Part shown: one piece after another, positions 1 to 8,048 of the stretch
Layout of the letters: the number at the start of each line of letters is the position of its first letter
How positions within the stretch are numbered: position 1 is the stretch's first letter
Origin: a virus
Taxonomy: Duplodnaviria > Caudoviricetes
IMG/VR virus record: IMGVR_UViG_2832349384_000006
Location: 1-64,000 of that record
Strand: one strand, 5' to 3'
Length of the DNA stretch: 64,000 nucleotides
Position numbers and translations under genes: made by a program
Notes under the pieces: model-generated
The model's input: only the letters and a program-made list of their open reading frames with translations
Database searches by the model: none
Told to the model about the DNA's origin: nothing

Positions 1-342
1 ATGAAACGAGCATTACTCGGTTTCGCGTTGCTGGCAGCGACCAACGCCGCGTTGGCGGCCGGTGGGCTAGTCAATGTGACTAAGCTGGAATACGGCAAAC
101 AGTGGGCATTTACTCGGGAAGAGGTGACGCTGCAGTGCCGGAAAGATGGCGCACTGTTTGTGCTGAACAACAGCACGTTGATGCAATATCCGCTAAATGA
201 TATCGCCCAGGCCCAGGTAAAAGCAGGGCAGCAACGTGCCCAGCCGCTGGATGTGATCTTGCTCGACGATGCGAGCAACCCTGGCCACAAGATGAGTACC
301 GAACCGTTCCGTGAGCGTGCCCAGCAGCTGTGCGCCCACTGA
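1..342 (+). CDS. yebY: YebY family (DUF2511) secreted protein, host gene
   Basis: Signal peptide plus GKQWAFTREEVTLQCR motif typical of YebY; yebY neighbours sdsR in enterobacteria. Confidence 0.85.
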   Translation: MKRALLGFALLAATNAALAAGGLVNVTKLEYGKQWAFTREEVTLQCRKDGALFVLNNSTLMQYPLNDIAQAQVKAGQQRAQPLDVILLDDASNPGHKMSTEPFRERAQQLCAH

Positions 343-462
343 TTTTTTCAGAAAGAAAGGGTTATGGCTGGGGGCCGCCGTTGCCGGTGAAAACCAGGTG
401 TTTGATTTCTACGGTAAACTATCACGCACCGTGCGCTACGCTGGCAAAAATAGCGGCTTGGG

Positions 463-469
463 CTACGCT
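463..469 (+). promoter_or_regulatory. sigma-S-type -10 element of sdsR
   Basis: CTACGCT 6 nt upstream of the predicted sdsR 5' end; SdsR is known to be RpoS-dependent. Confidence 0.6.
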
Positions 470-475
470 TAAAGT

Positions 476-581
476 GCATGGCTGAATAAGCCTTGCATTA
501 AATGCCAACTTTTAGCGCACGGCTCTCTCCCAAGAGCCATTTCCCTAGACCGAATATAGGAATCGTATTCGGTCTTTTTTT
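476..581 (+). ncRNA. sdsR: SdsR (RyeB) small RNA
   Basis: Contains ATGCCAACTTTTAGCGCACGGCTCTCTCCCAAGAGCCATTTCCCT and the GACCGAATA...TATTCGGTC-T7 terminator that I recognise from enterobacterial SdsR; correct position after yebY. Confidence 0.9.
558..581 (+). repeat. attL core of lambdoid prophage, AGGAATCGTATTCGGTCTTTTTTT
   Basis: Identical 24-mer at 42557-42580; adjacent to the integrase 3' end; overlaps the sdsR terminator. Confidence 0.92.
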
Positions 582-593
582 AAGTTGTTGATT
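581..593 (-). promoter_or_regulatory. IHF site next to attL
   Basis: Reverse strand reads AATCAACAACTTA, matching WATCAANNNNTTR. Confidence 0.6.
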
Positions 594-612
594 TTATTAT
601 GTTATTTTCGAA

Positions 613-642
613 AAACTCGAATTTACTCGAAATTTACTCGAA
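613..642 (+). repeat. Three tandem ACTCGAA repeats, probable integrase arm-type sites
   Basis: ACTCGAA at 615, 625 and 636 between core and int, like the three tandem P' arm sites of lambda. Confidence 0.55.
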
Positions 643-659
643 TTTTGATATTCGGTCTT

Positions 660-1742
660 TTACAGCATTACGTACTCTTTCCCCCTCGTATTGAGATATT
701 TCAGCGTCATCATCTCTGATGTATGCCCCAGCAGTTTCTGCGCAAAATCCCTTCCTCTTTCCTTCTCATACAGCCGGCCGGCCAAACTTCTGATCTCGTG
801 AAATGTCGGCGGATTTTCCTCGAACGACAAACCTGAAGCCTTCCGCGCCGCAACAAATTTTTTCGTTAGTCCATCAGGATGCAGCGAGCCATCTGGGCTA
901 TTTTTGCGGATGCCGGCGCTGATCATAAAGTCTGTAGTGCTGACCAACCTGCAGCGATCGATCACTGTCCCGAGGCGGAGGCCTACGATCTTCAACTCTA
1001 GATCCAGGGGTAGGGAAATCATGGCGCCAGTCTTCCCTTGCTCGACAAGTAATCTGCCGTCTACGACATGGCTAAAACGCATCTGTGTCAGATCTTCGCG
1101 GCGCTGGCCAGAAACCAAGGCCAGATCCATCGCCAAGCCGAACCAGGGCGGCATTGGGTCTGCTGCATAACGAATAGGCCCGTATTGCGCCAGTTCCAGG
1201 CGTTCGCGCTTTACCACGACTTTTGCGGCGCGGGTAGGCGTTACGGGATTGTTTTCTATATAACCTTCGACGATTGCTTCGCGGAAGATATCGGACAGCA
1301 CCGAACGCATGGTGGCGGCCATTGTTTTTTTGTCCTGGGCGATCCAGAACTCCAGATACTCGGCGACGTGTCGAGTCGTGATTTTTGAAAGTACCATGCT
1401 GCCCAAGCGCTCGCGGATAATGGCTAGTTGGCCGGCGCGCACCTTGTAAGTGTTTTCGGCAAGCTGGCGGCGTTTGAATATTACCTCGTACCGTTCGATC
1501 CAAGAATTCAGTGTGTACTCATGGCTGCCTTTGATTTTCTCCAGTAACAGGACGGGAGAGTAGTTCTGTTCGATGTAGTGGTTAGCTTCGATCGCCTGCG
1601 CAATGGCGTCACGGCGCGCAATCTGCCCCAGGGATATCTCCCTCTTGGTGACCGGGTTGCGCCAATAGAAGGATTTGCCCTTGCTGCGAAACGTGAGGTT
1701 TTTTGGCAAACGCATATCATACCCCTCCCTTCGCCGTGTCAT
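660..1742 (-). CDS. int: Lambda-family tyrosine integrase
   Basis: N-terminal arm-binding domain; catalytic R (SGQRRED), K (KTG), HEIR, LGH and Y present; ends beside att. Confidence 0.95.
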   Translation of the reverse strand: MTRRREGYDMRLPKNLTFRSKGKSFYWRNPVTKREISLGQIARRDAIAQAIEANHYIEQNYSPVLLLEKIKGSHEYTLNSWIERYEVIFKRRQLAENTYKVRAGQLAIIRERLGSMVLSKITTRHVAEYLEFWIAQDKKTMAATMRSVLSDIFREAIVEGYIENNPVTPTRAAKVVVKRERLELAQYGPIRYAADPMPPWFGLAMDLALVSGQRREDLTQMRFSHVVDGRLLVEQGKTGAMISLPLDLELKIVGLRLGTVIDRCRLVSTTDFMISAGIRKNSPDGSLHPDGLTKKFVAARKASGLSFEENPPTFHEIRSLAGRLYEKERGRDFAQKLLGHTSEMMTLKYLNTRGKEYVML

Positions 1743-1992
1743 TGATCACCTTCTCCATAAACGCCGCTCGAGCTGGCTCGATGCTTCGCGCTTCCTTTAT
1801 TTTTCTACCCAAATTGAGATCTTTGGGATTGATGTAAATAGTCCCTGGTGTCAGCCGATATTCGCGGCCTTCTTTTTCCGCTGCCGGGTAAAAATTTCCG
1901 TTCCTGGCCCAACGCTGTAAGGTTTGCCGAGACGGTTTTTTACCTGGGTAAATCTCGTTGCACCATTCTTCTAAAGTCAGTTTTTGAGTCAT
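1717..1992 (-). CDS. xis: Excisionase (start reassigned to ATG at 1992)
   Basis: LTLEEW...PSRQTLQRWARNG winged-helix Xis pattern, overlaps int start, SD GGAG upstream of 1992. Confidence 0.85.
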   Translation of the reverse strand: MTQKLTLEEWCNEIYPGKKPSRQTLQRWARNGNFYPAAEKEGREYRLTPGTIYINPKDLNLGRKIKEARSIEPARAAFMEKVINDTAKGGV

Positions 1993-2063
1993 TTGGTTAT
2001 GCTCCTGCGCACAACCGGCCACGATCTTACCCGTGGCCCGCGTTGTGTTTTGATTTTCGAAAA

Positions 2064-2249
2064 TCATTTCTCAGTGCTGTAAACGCCGTCGCAGTACAGA
2101 ACGGCGCGCGGGCGGCGCAATTGGATTGCTTCCCTCATTCGCTCGCACTGGTCGAAGCTCGAGTAAATTCGCTCAGATACCGGCAGCGCGTCGCACGCAT
2201 CATGGCCGCACGGGCTTACCAGCAGGAGGAAGCCGATAAGTGTCAGCAT
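2064..2249 (-). CDS. Small Cys-containing phage protein with hydrophobic N-terminus (possibly YebW/DUF1482-like)
   Basis: SD GGAGG, overlaps recT stop; spaced Cys pattern; family call is weak. Confidence 0.5.
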   Translation of the reverse strand: MLTLIGFLLLVSPCGHDACDALPVSERIYSSFDQCERMREAIQLRRPRAVLYCDGVYSTEK

Positions 2250-3361
2250 GCCGCCTCCTGCGCCAGCGACAGATCATCGATCGCCTGCTGATAGCGCTGA
2301 ACCTCATCAGCGCTCAGGAACCGCGCAGAGCGATGCAGAAGGGCGCCGAGCTCTGCCCGTTCCTGGCTTGTGGTGCCGCCGTTCTTGCCGGCCGCATCGA
2401 TCGACGCACCCAGGCCGGCAATCGCGTTAAGGCGGTGGTGTTGCAGTACGATTTTGTTTTTCAACTCGGTGTACAGGGTGATCCCCAGCTGCGCTTTCAT
2501 ATCTTCAACTGAGGCGCGGAGGTCTGTCGCCTGAGCAGTGGTGGTGATCTTGTCGATGCTGCCGCGAATATCTTCAGCAATCTTTTCTGGTGCTGAATTT
2601 TCTGTAACTGCCTCGGGCGCCTTATCTGCCGCCTTTATCAGTTGCCCGGTGCTTACGCGGGTATCCGGCGTGACGTCTTTTTCTTTATGCCAAACCATCT
2701 CTTGCCCGCGCTCGAGCATTTCCATGATCTCGGAGTTATTCGGCAGCCGCCGGCCAAGGCGGTGCATGACGGATTTGCGAGACATTGACTCGTACCAGTT
2801 AACCCACGGCCCGCTGTCACTGTTCCTGCTTGCGGCGCGGACTTTCTCGATATCCTCGATATTCATCACTTCAAACTGCAGCTCGCCGGTGCGCATCTTC
2901 GCGTAGGCGAACGCACCTATCATCTCGCCACGGTCGAGCATGTTAGGTTCATAGAAAATGTGTTCGCCATTCTCGTCCATCCAGACGCGGAATTTATCGT
3001 TTTTGTACAATACGCGGGTGGCGATGATAGATACCTCGCCAGACTGACGTACCCGCTTCATTACGCCATCGATCATTGGCAGGTACTGTGCGCGGCGGAC
3101 CCGTTGACCATTTGGGAGCTTGGTTTTGTAAACGACGAGCGCAGCTTCGCGTCCGTCTGGAATGAGTCCGTCTTTTGCACAAGACGAAAGGGCGTTGATG
3201 ACGCTCTGGCGATCGGCATCGAACAGATCTGGATTCGTTGATAACGCCACTGCCGCGGCGTTGGTGAATTTTTCAAAGCTGACGTGGCTCGGCAAAATCG
3301 CTTTTGCCGGTGCCAGCTGTTCCGCCAGGTCTTTCTGGATCATCGCAAGTTGGTTGCTCAT
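2243..3361 (-). CDS. recT: RecT-family ssDNA annealing protein
   Basis: GLIPDGREAALV, AQYLPMIDG and WYESMSRKSVMHRL motifs; downstream of recE. Confidence 0.9.
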   Translation of the reverse strand: MSNQLAMIQKDLAEQLAPAKAILPSHVSFEKFTNAAAVALSTNPDLFDADRQSVINALSSCAKDGLIPDGREAALVVYKTKLPNGQRVRRAQYLPMIDGVMKRVRQSGEVSIIATRVLYKNDKFRVWMDENGEHIFYEPNMLDRGEMIGAFAYAKMRTGELQFEVMNIEDIEKVRAASRNSDSGPWVNWYESMSRKSVMHRLGRRLPNNSEIMEMLERGQEMVWHKEKDVTPDTRVSTGQLIKAADKAPEAVTENSAPEKIAEDIRGSIDKITTTAQATDLRASVEDMKAQLGITLYTELKNKIVLQHHRLNAIAGLGASIDAAGKNGGTTSQERAELGALLHRSARFLSADEVQRYQQAIDDLSLAQEAAC

Positions 3362-6300
3362 TGGTATGCTCCTTGGGCTACGCGCAGCGCTTCGATGCGG
3401 CGCTGGTCAAAGTCGTTAATGTCGTCCACGATTTCTTCTGTGATCGGTTCTGGCCACACGTCGGTATCCTGTGCCTGTTTGATATCCCGCAGGGTTTTGC
3501 GGTACTCAAGGCGGCCGAGCTCGAGCAGGTCAGCGGAGGCCTCAACGATGGCGATCCAGTGGTAGTGCTCATCTTTGTTGACGAAGATCCAGAAGAACTG
3601 ATCCAGCGCCGCAACATCGCAATACATGCCCGCGCTCAGGTGGTAATCGCGCTCGATGATTTCACGGTGCAAGCGGGCGCGCAGGGCGCTTTGCTTGACA
3701 TTACCCATGCTGACGGTTTTCAGGTCGTAGCCGATACGCAGGCCCACGGCCTCAATCTCAAGATCGGGACGTACGCGCAGTTCGAGGCCGGTTTCTTCAT
3801 CGATACCGAAATAGCTGACCTCGACCGCGCGTTGTGGGTTCTGCAGCAACTGCCCGACAGATGGGTGGGTGAACAGGGCGCGCTGAATTGCCTTGGCGTG
3901 TTTCATCTGCGCCTGCGTGATCGGCTGGCGCTGGTCGTTCCCATTTTTCCAGGCGCTGATCACTTCGTCGGCGAATACCGCAGTTGGCAAAATCGTTTTG
4001 ATACGCGCGGCCATATCCTCTTTGCTGCCGCTGACCGGCAACGGCGCCGGAATCGCGCGCTCTTTCTCGACAAACTCCGGATCGATGGTCGCCAACTGTT
4101 CCAGCAGTGCGTCGCGGCCGCCGGTGGTTTTCAACGGCGCCGGCAGGGTGGCGTTGTACTCTTTGATGCAGGCTTTCATCGCCGTGGCGGTGATTTTTGC
4201 GTCCTCTGGGATGCTCTGAAATTCCGGCGGCAGCAGCATGTAGAACTGGCCGATTTCGTCAGCGTTGCCGCCCAGCGCATACGGCGCTTGCAGGGTGGCG
4301 TTATGCTTCTCGATCACGGCGCGCAGCGTTTCGGCGTCGGTCTGTTTCGGCAGGGTGGCGTTGTGCTGTTCGATAAATGCGCGCATCGATGCTGTATCTG
4401 TGAATGCCCCCTCGGGGATCACAGGCTCAACGCTGAATTCCTCGTCCAGCTTTTCAGGTTCTAGCGCCAGCGCGTGAACCAACGAGCCGAACGTCAGCGC
4501 ATCGGTGCGCTCGCGCTGTATGGTTTTGATAACGTGGCGGCCGTGGTAATACATCAGGCTGATCCGCGCGTCCTTTGCCATCGTGCTGCTGATGCCGTTG
4601 GCGCTGTGATAGACCTCGTTCGGAATATCCAGATAACGGCCGGGCTCGAAGTATGCAGGGGCTGCCGGTTCTTCCCGGCGCGGTGCGTTGACGACTGCCG
4701 CGGCAGGCTCGTTCTGTACTTCGACTGGCGCCGCGGTATCGACGTTTTCACCTGACAATTCCGCTGTTTCGCCTGACACCTCGGCCGTTTCCGTTGACGA
4801 ATCCAGGAACTCGCGAACATCGTCGCCGGTCGTGGCGCCCGCGGCGTCTACCTTGGCCAGCGGTGACGCGTCAAACAACTCGGAAACGTCAAATCGACCA
4901 CCACCCATACTGCGGAGTTCGCTGGGTTGCTGCTGCGCGACTTCCGTTTTTACGCCCTCATTTGAGGCGTCAACCCGCTCGGGCGCAGGGTTTTCCTGCT
5001 GCAGCGCGCCGCTGGCGCTTGCGTCGGTGGCTGTAGCCAGTTCCTGATATTTTCTCTCTGATTCCCGGCGCGCTTCCTGCAGATAGAACTCCACACGAGA
5101 ATCGATATAAGCAACGCGCGGATCCTTTTCATCCTGCCAATTTTCCAGAACGTCGCAGGTGAGGTGATGAACATCATCGGCAACCAGCTGGTTGAATGGA
5201 TCGCACGGTTCGATCTCCTTGGCCAGCAGTCGAGCGATGGAGCCGTGCGAAACGTCTCCGATGGCAGTAATCAATTCTGCAACGTCGCGTTCATCCATAA
5301 CACCAGTCGTTCCGGCCAGCGCCGCACGTATTTCAGCCCGAAGCCATGCGCGGCGCTCGGTCTCGAACTCGGCGACCACGTCATCTTTTTCACCCGGATT
5401 TGAGGCCGTTTGTTGCACGCTTTCCGCGTTTTTTTGCGCAGGTTTACCGTCGATTTCGATCAGATTGGCGTTGATGTAGCTGCGCAGCGCACCGGGGGTA
5501 ACGTGCAGGTTTTCTTCGGCCCCGCGGATTAGTGCAACAATCGCCTGTCGGGAGAACTGCAAAACGCCAGGCGTGGCGCTGAGTTGCTCATTCCACGCTT
5601 TCAGCGCCGCATCGTTGCGTTTTTTCATCTCGGTGACCGCGCGGATGATGGCGCCCGGCGGGTTTGAAATGTCGAAATCAGACGGATACAGCGCGCAGCC
5701 GATTACGGTTTCCAGCATCTGCAGAGAGTCGATCGGCGTGCCGGTTGCCGGTTCGGCTCCGTTTGTGAGGATTGCGCCGGATTCGGTGCGCAATGGCCCC
5801 TCAGGCGCGGTTTCGGCTGGTTTGGCGCCGCCGGCCGCTGAGGTTTGCCACTTCGTGATAACGCCCGCGCGCTGTTCTACCGTAGCGTCGAGGTATTCGG
5901 TGGCGAATTGGCACAGTTTGCCCAGCTCCGGCACCTTGCCGAACGGTGGCCAGATGGCTTTCATGCCCGAGATCGCAGTGATCGGCATTTCCGGGTAGGT
6001 GTGTGCGAACTGTTTAAGGCTGGTCAGCGCCAGAATGACGTTTTGCGGGTAGCGCTGCGCATCGTCCATCACCAGAGCTTTGGCCGCGGCCAATTGCTCG
6101 TCGTTCAGCTTCAGGCAGTTATTGCCGTAAAGCCACGCCGCGGCGATCACGGTGTGCTTGTCGAGGCTCGATGCGAAGTATTCACCTGCTGTTTTCTGCT
6201 GCTCCTGCACCACTTGCGTTTTTTCAGTGGTCCTGCTGTTTTCTGCTGCGCCTGCACCACCTGCAGGTTTTGTCATGTAGGGATACAGTTTCGGGAATGC

Positions 6301-6594
6301 CACGGACGGATCGAGCGTGTCGCGCGGCACACAGGTTTTGCTGGCGTCGCTTTCCAGCGCCCAGGTAAGCCAGAATGTTTCGCTGAATTCGCCCTCGGCC
6401 GGCAGTTCGTCCACGACTGGAAAATCGATGCGTACCGGCGCGAAGTAGTCGGATTTTGAATGGCCAGCTTCCATGAAGAGAAAATCACGTTTTGTCTCCG
6501 CGTGATCGTCAGACTTCGCCTCAAAGTACGTAAAAAGATGGTTTTTCCCAGATTTCTGTTTTGCCCTGTAAAGATAGGCTGCAACATTTTGCAT
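3358..6594 (-). CDS. recE: RecE / exodeoxyribonuclease VIII-like protein
   Basis: C-terminal PD-(D/E)XK nuclease (GISST, RVRPD...YDLKT, YHLSAGMY); coupled to recT. Confidence 0.9.
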   Translation of the reverse strand: MQNVAAYLYRAKQKSGKNHLFTYFEAKSDDHAETKRDFLFMEAGHSKSDYFAPVRIDFPVVDELPAEGEFSETFWLTWALESDASKTCVPRDTLDPSVAFPKLYPYMTKPAGGAGAAENSRTTEKTQVVQEQQKTAGEYFASSLDKHTVIAAAWLYGNNCLKLNDEQLAAAKALVMDDAQRYPQNVILALTSLKQFAHTYPEMPITAISGMKAIWPPFGKVPELGKLCQFATEYLDATVEQRAGVITKWQTSAAGGAKPAETAPEGPLRTESGAILTNGAEPATGTPIDSLQMLETVIGCALYPSDFDISNPPGAIIRAVTEMKKRNDAALKAWNEQLSATPGVLQFSRQAIVALIRGAEENLHVTPGALRSYINANLIEIDGKPAQKNAESVQQTASNPGEKDDVVAEFETERRAWLRAEIRAALAGTTGVMDERDVAELITAIGDVSHGSIARLLAKEIEPCDPFNQLVADDVHHLTCDVLENWQDEKDPRVAYIDSRVEFYLQEARRESERKYQELATATDASASGALQQENPAPERVDASNEGVKTEVAQQQPSELRSMGGGRFDVSELFDASPLAKVDAAGATTGDDVREFLDSSTETAEVSGETAELSGENVDTAAPVEVQNEPAAAVVNAPRREEPAAPAYFEPGRYLDIPNEVYHSANGISSTMAKDARISLMYYHGRHVIKTIQRERTDALTFGSLVHALALEPEKLDEEFSVEPVIPEGAFTDTASMRAFIEQHNATLPKQTDAETLRAVIEKHNATLQAPYALGGNADEIGQFYMLLPPEFQSIPEDAKITATAMKACIKEYNATLPAPLKTTGGRDALLEQLATIDPEFVEKERAIPAPLPVSGSKEDMAARIKTILPTAVFADEVISAWKNGNDQRQPITQAQMKHAKAIQRALFTHPSVGQLLQNPQRAVEVSYFGIDEETGLELRVRPDLEIEAVGLRIGYDLKTVSMGNVKQSALRARLHREIIERDYHLSAGMYCDVAALDQFFWIFVNKDEHYHWIAIVEASADLLELGRLEYRKTLRDIKQAQDTDVWPEPITEEIVDDINDFDQRRIEALRVAQGAYQ

Positions 6595-6623
6595 TGTGTA
6601 GTTCTCCTAGGTTTAGGTACAAT
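6594..6623 (+). promoter_or_regulatory. Candidate sigma70 promoter antisense to the early-left operon
   Basis: TTGTGT (6594-6599), 18-nt spacer, TACAAT (6618-6623). Confidence 0.55.
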
Positions 6624-6657
6624 GCCAGCCGATCAGTGATCTGCTTCGGTTGGTCAT
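6613..6657 (-). CDS. 14-aa leader ORF (MTNRSRSLIGWHCT) directly upstream of recE
   Basis: SD GGAG and ATG at 6657, TAA at 6613-6615; below the ORF-track cutoff; translation unproven. Confidence 0.35.
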   Translation of the reverse strand: MTNRSRSLIGWHCT

Positions 6658-6749
6658 TGGTTATGCTCCGGTTATTGGGGGTGGTTCCCCGGTAACCCGT
6701 CGCCGGGACGTAAAGCCGGTAGACTGGCCCGCCTTGTGCGGGCCTTTTT
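6631..6749 (+). ncRNA. Candidate ~120-nt antisense/trans-acting sRNA
   Basis: Bounded by the promoter above and an intrinsic terminator whose U-tract is on the + strand; internal hairpins; central segment complementary to several early-gene RBSs. Confidence 0.55.
6726..6749 (+). terminator. Intrinsic terminator GGCCCGC-CTTGT-GCGGGCC-TTTTT
   Basis: 7-bp GC stem plus T5 on the strand opposite to the surrounding genes. Confidence 0.8.
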
Positions 6750-6754
6750 ACTTT

Positions 6755-6982
6755 CTAATCGCAATAACTGCGGTTGCAGTGTGGGCAGTAAATAACATGG
6801 GTGTTTTTTGCTTCGTCCAGCGAAATACCGGTTTCATACCCACGCAATCCGTGTTGCTGGTAAATATCCTTTTTGCAACGAAAACAAATCCCATCGTATG
6901 GCGCGAAATGTGGAACGTGTTTATTGTTGCAATATTCCACCTGTGCCTTTCGTGCCGCGACAGGGGAAAATAACTTTTCCAT
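6755..6982 (-). CDS. Hypothetical phage protein, probable Zn ribbon
   Basis: CFRC and CPHC motifs; SD GAGAGG before ATG 6982. Confidence 0.65.
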   Translation of the reverse strand: MEKLFSPVAARKAQVEYCNNKHVPHFAPYDGICFRCKKDIYQQHGLRGYETGISLDEAKNTHVIYCPHCNRSYCD

Positions 6983-7069
6983 AAATAACCTCTCGTGGTG
7001 ATTGATATTGAAATGCGCCCTGCGAGTTGACGCCCCGAAAGGGAAACGCTTGACGCATTTCAATATTCT

Positions 7070-7095
7070 AAAAATCCCCGCCAGCAACGGCGGGG
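7070..7095 (-). terminator. Early-left operon terminator
   Basis: CCCCGCC/GGCGGGG stem followed by ATTTTT on the minus strand. Confidence 0.7.
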
Positions 7096-7112
7096 AAGGC
7101 TACACACAGCAA

Positions 7113-7418
7113 TCAATCATCGCTTGCGAGCATGGCTAGCAACGCCAGCAGGAGCAGTTTTTTCGGGGATGGTTTACCCTTGATGCCAAACTCTGTGGCG
7201 TACTCACTGCCTACGTTAAAGTGCGTACGCACCGCAGCATCAATGGCACATTTCGGGCAATCAAAATCACCAGCATCACTCCCGCTAGGAGTAACGAGGG
7301 CGTGTGGCTTTTCTTTGTTATCGGTATTGACGATAAAGCCAATAGTTTCACCCTCGCTTAATACTTCAACGATGTTTTTGTGCAAAAGATTCATTTTGAT
7401 TTCTACGGTCTTAATCAT
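7113..7418 (-). CDS. Hypothetical early protein
   Basis: ORF with SD GGAG; ATG 7418 better spaced than 7424. Confidence 0.65.
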   Translation of the reverse strand: MIKTVEIKMNLLHKNIVEVLSEGETIGFIVNTDNKEKPHALVTPSGSDAGDFDCPKCAIDAAVRTHFNVGSEYATEFGIKGKPSPKKLLLLALLAMLASDD

Positions 7419-7493
7419 GGTCATGCTCCGGTTTTAGGTAATGGGAACCCGTGGCTGATTAATTCCGCCGATAGGGTGTTGCTAATTTAAATG

Positions 7494-7691
7494 TCAGTTC
7501 GTGCCAGCAGGCTCGAAATATTCAGGAATGCCACGTGACTCAAACGGCATTTTTATTGCTCGCAGGTTACCCGTTGGCTCGAACCGGTATACTTGGCAAT
7601 GAATATCGTAATGTGCCACCCATGCCGCGCCGGTGCGCTTATTACGGAATCGTGCCGCTTTTCCGCTATGCGGAATTGTGGTGCTGATCAT
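7494..7691 (-). CDS. Hypothetical early protein, first gene of the pL operon
   Basis: SD GAGGA and ATG at 7691. Confidence 0.65.
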   Translation of the reverse strand: MISTTIPHSGKAARFRNKRTGAAWVAHYDIHCQVYRFEPTGNLRAIKMPFESRGIPEYFEPAGTN

Positions 7692-7877
7692 TGGTTAATC
7701 CTCAGCTTGATTATTGGTTATGCTCGCTGTCTTTCCAGCCGTCCCCGGTCTTTCCCGGCGTCAGAACGTCGTACCTGCTGCGCGCCTGTCTCTGTCATCT
7801 CATCCACCTTTTCATGCGCCGGTGGCGGCTACTTCGTGGGCGTCCTGCCTTGATGACTCGTTGCTGCGATGAGACTA

Positions 7878-7941
7878 AGTAAACATGTTCTTTACTTTTT
7901 AGTCAAGTATAAATGAGTCAAAAGGTAAAGTGATACTTTAC
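7878..7941 (-). promoter_or_regulatory. pL / OL: TTGACT-N17-TTTACT with two GTAAA-N7-TTTAC operators (7879-7895, 7925-7941)
   Basis: The same promoter hexamers and the same palindrome recur at pR/OR. Confidence 0.75.
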
Positions 7942-7959
7942 GCGGTGGTATCCAGGCGT

Positions 7960-7985
7960 AAAAAAAGCCGGCCTCGGGCCGACTT
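7960..7985 (-). terminator. Repressor gene terminator
   Basis: Stem-loop followed by a T-tract on the minus strand downstream of the repressor stop. Confidence 0.65.
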
Positions 7986-8048
7986 GGTGGGGTGGAAACG
8001 AAAAAGGCCAGGGACTTAGGTAGCCTCTGGCCTTCTGAATCTCAAAAA

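Noticed and set aside
613-642. CRISPR-like or other array from short repeats here and in terS
   Set aside because: Units are 7-9 bp with no spacers and no cas genes; no CRISPR array seen in the window.
3304-4464. 386-aa + strand ORF and similar long antisense ORFs (e.g. 19834-20562, 28231-28944, 61774-62424)
   Set aside because: Shadow frames of real genes in GC-rich DNA; no motifs or RBS.
7794-7860. Direct homologue of HK022 put RNA
   Set aside because: Does not match the put sequence as I recall it; kept only as an unassigned structured leader.
7691-7882. 63-aa + strand ORF across the pL leader
   Set aside because: TTG start without SD, antisense to the leader, no recognisable features.
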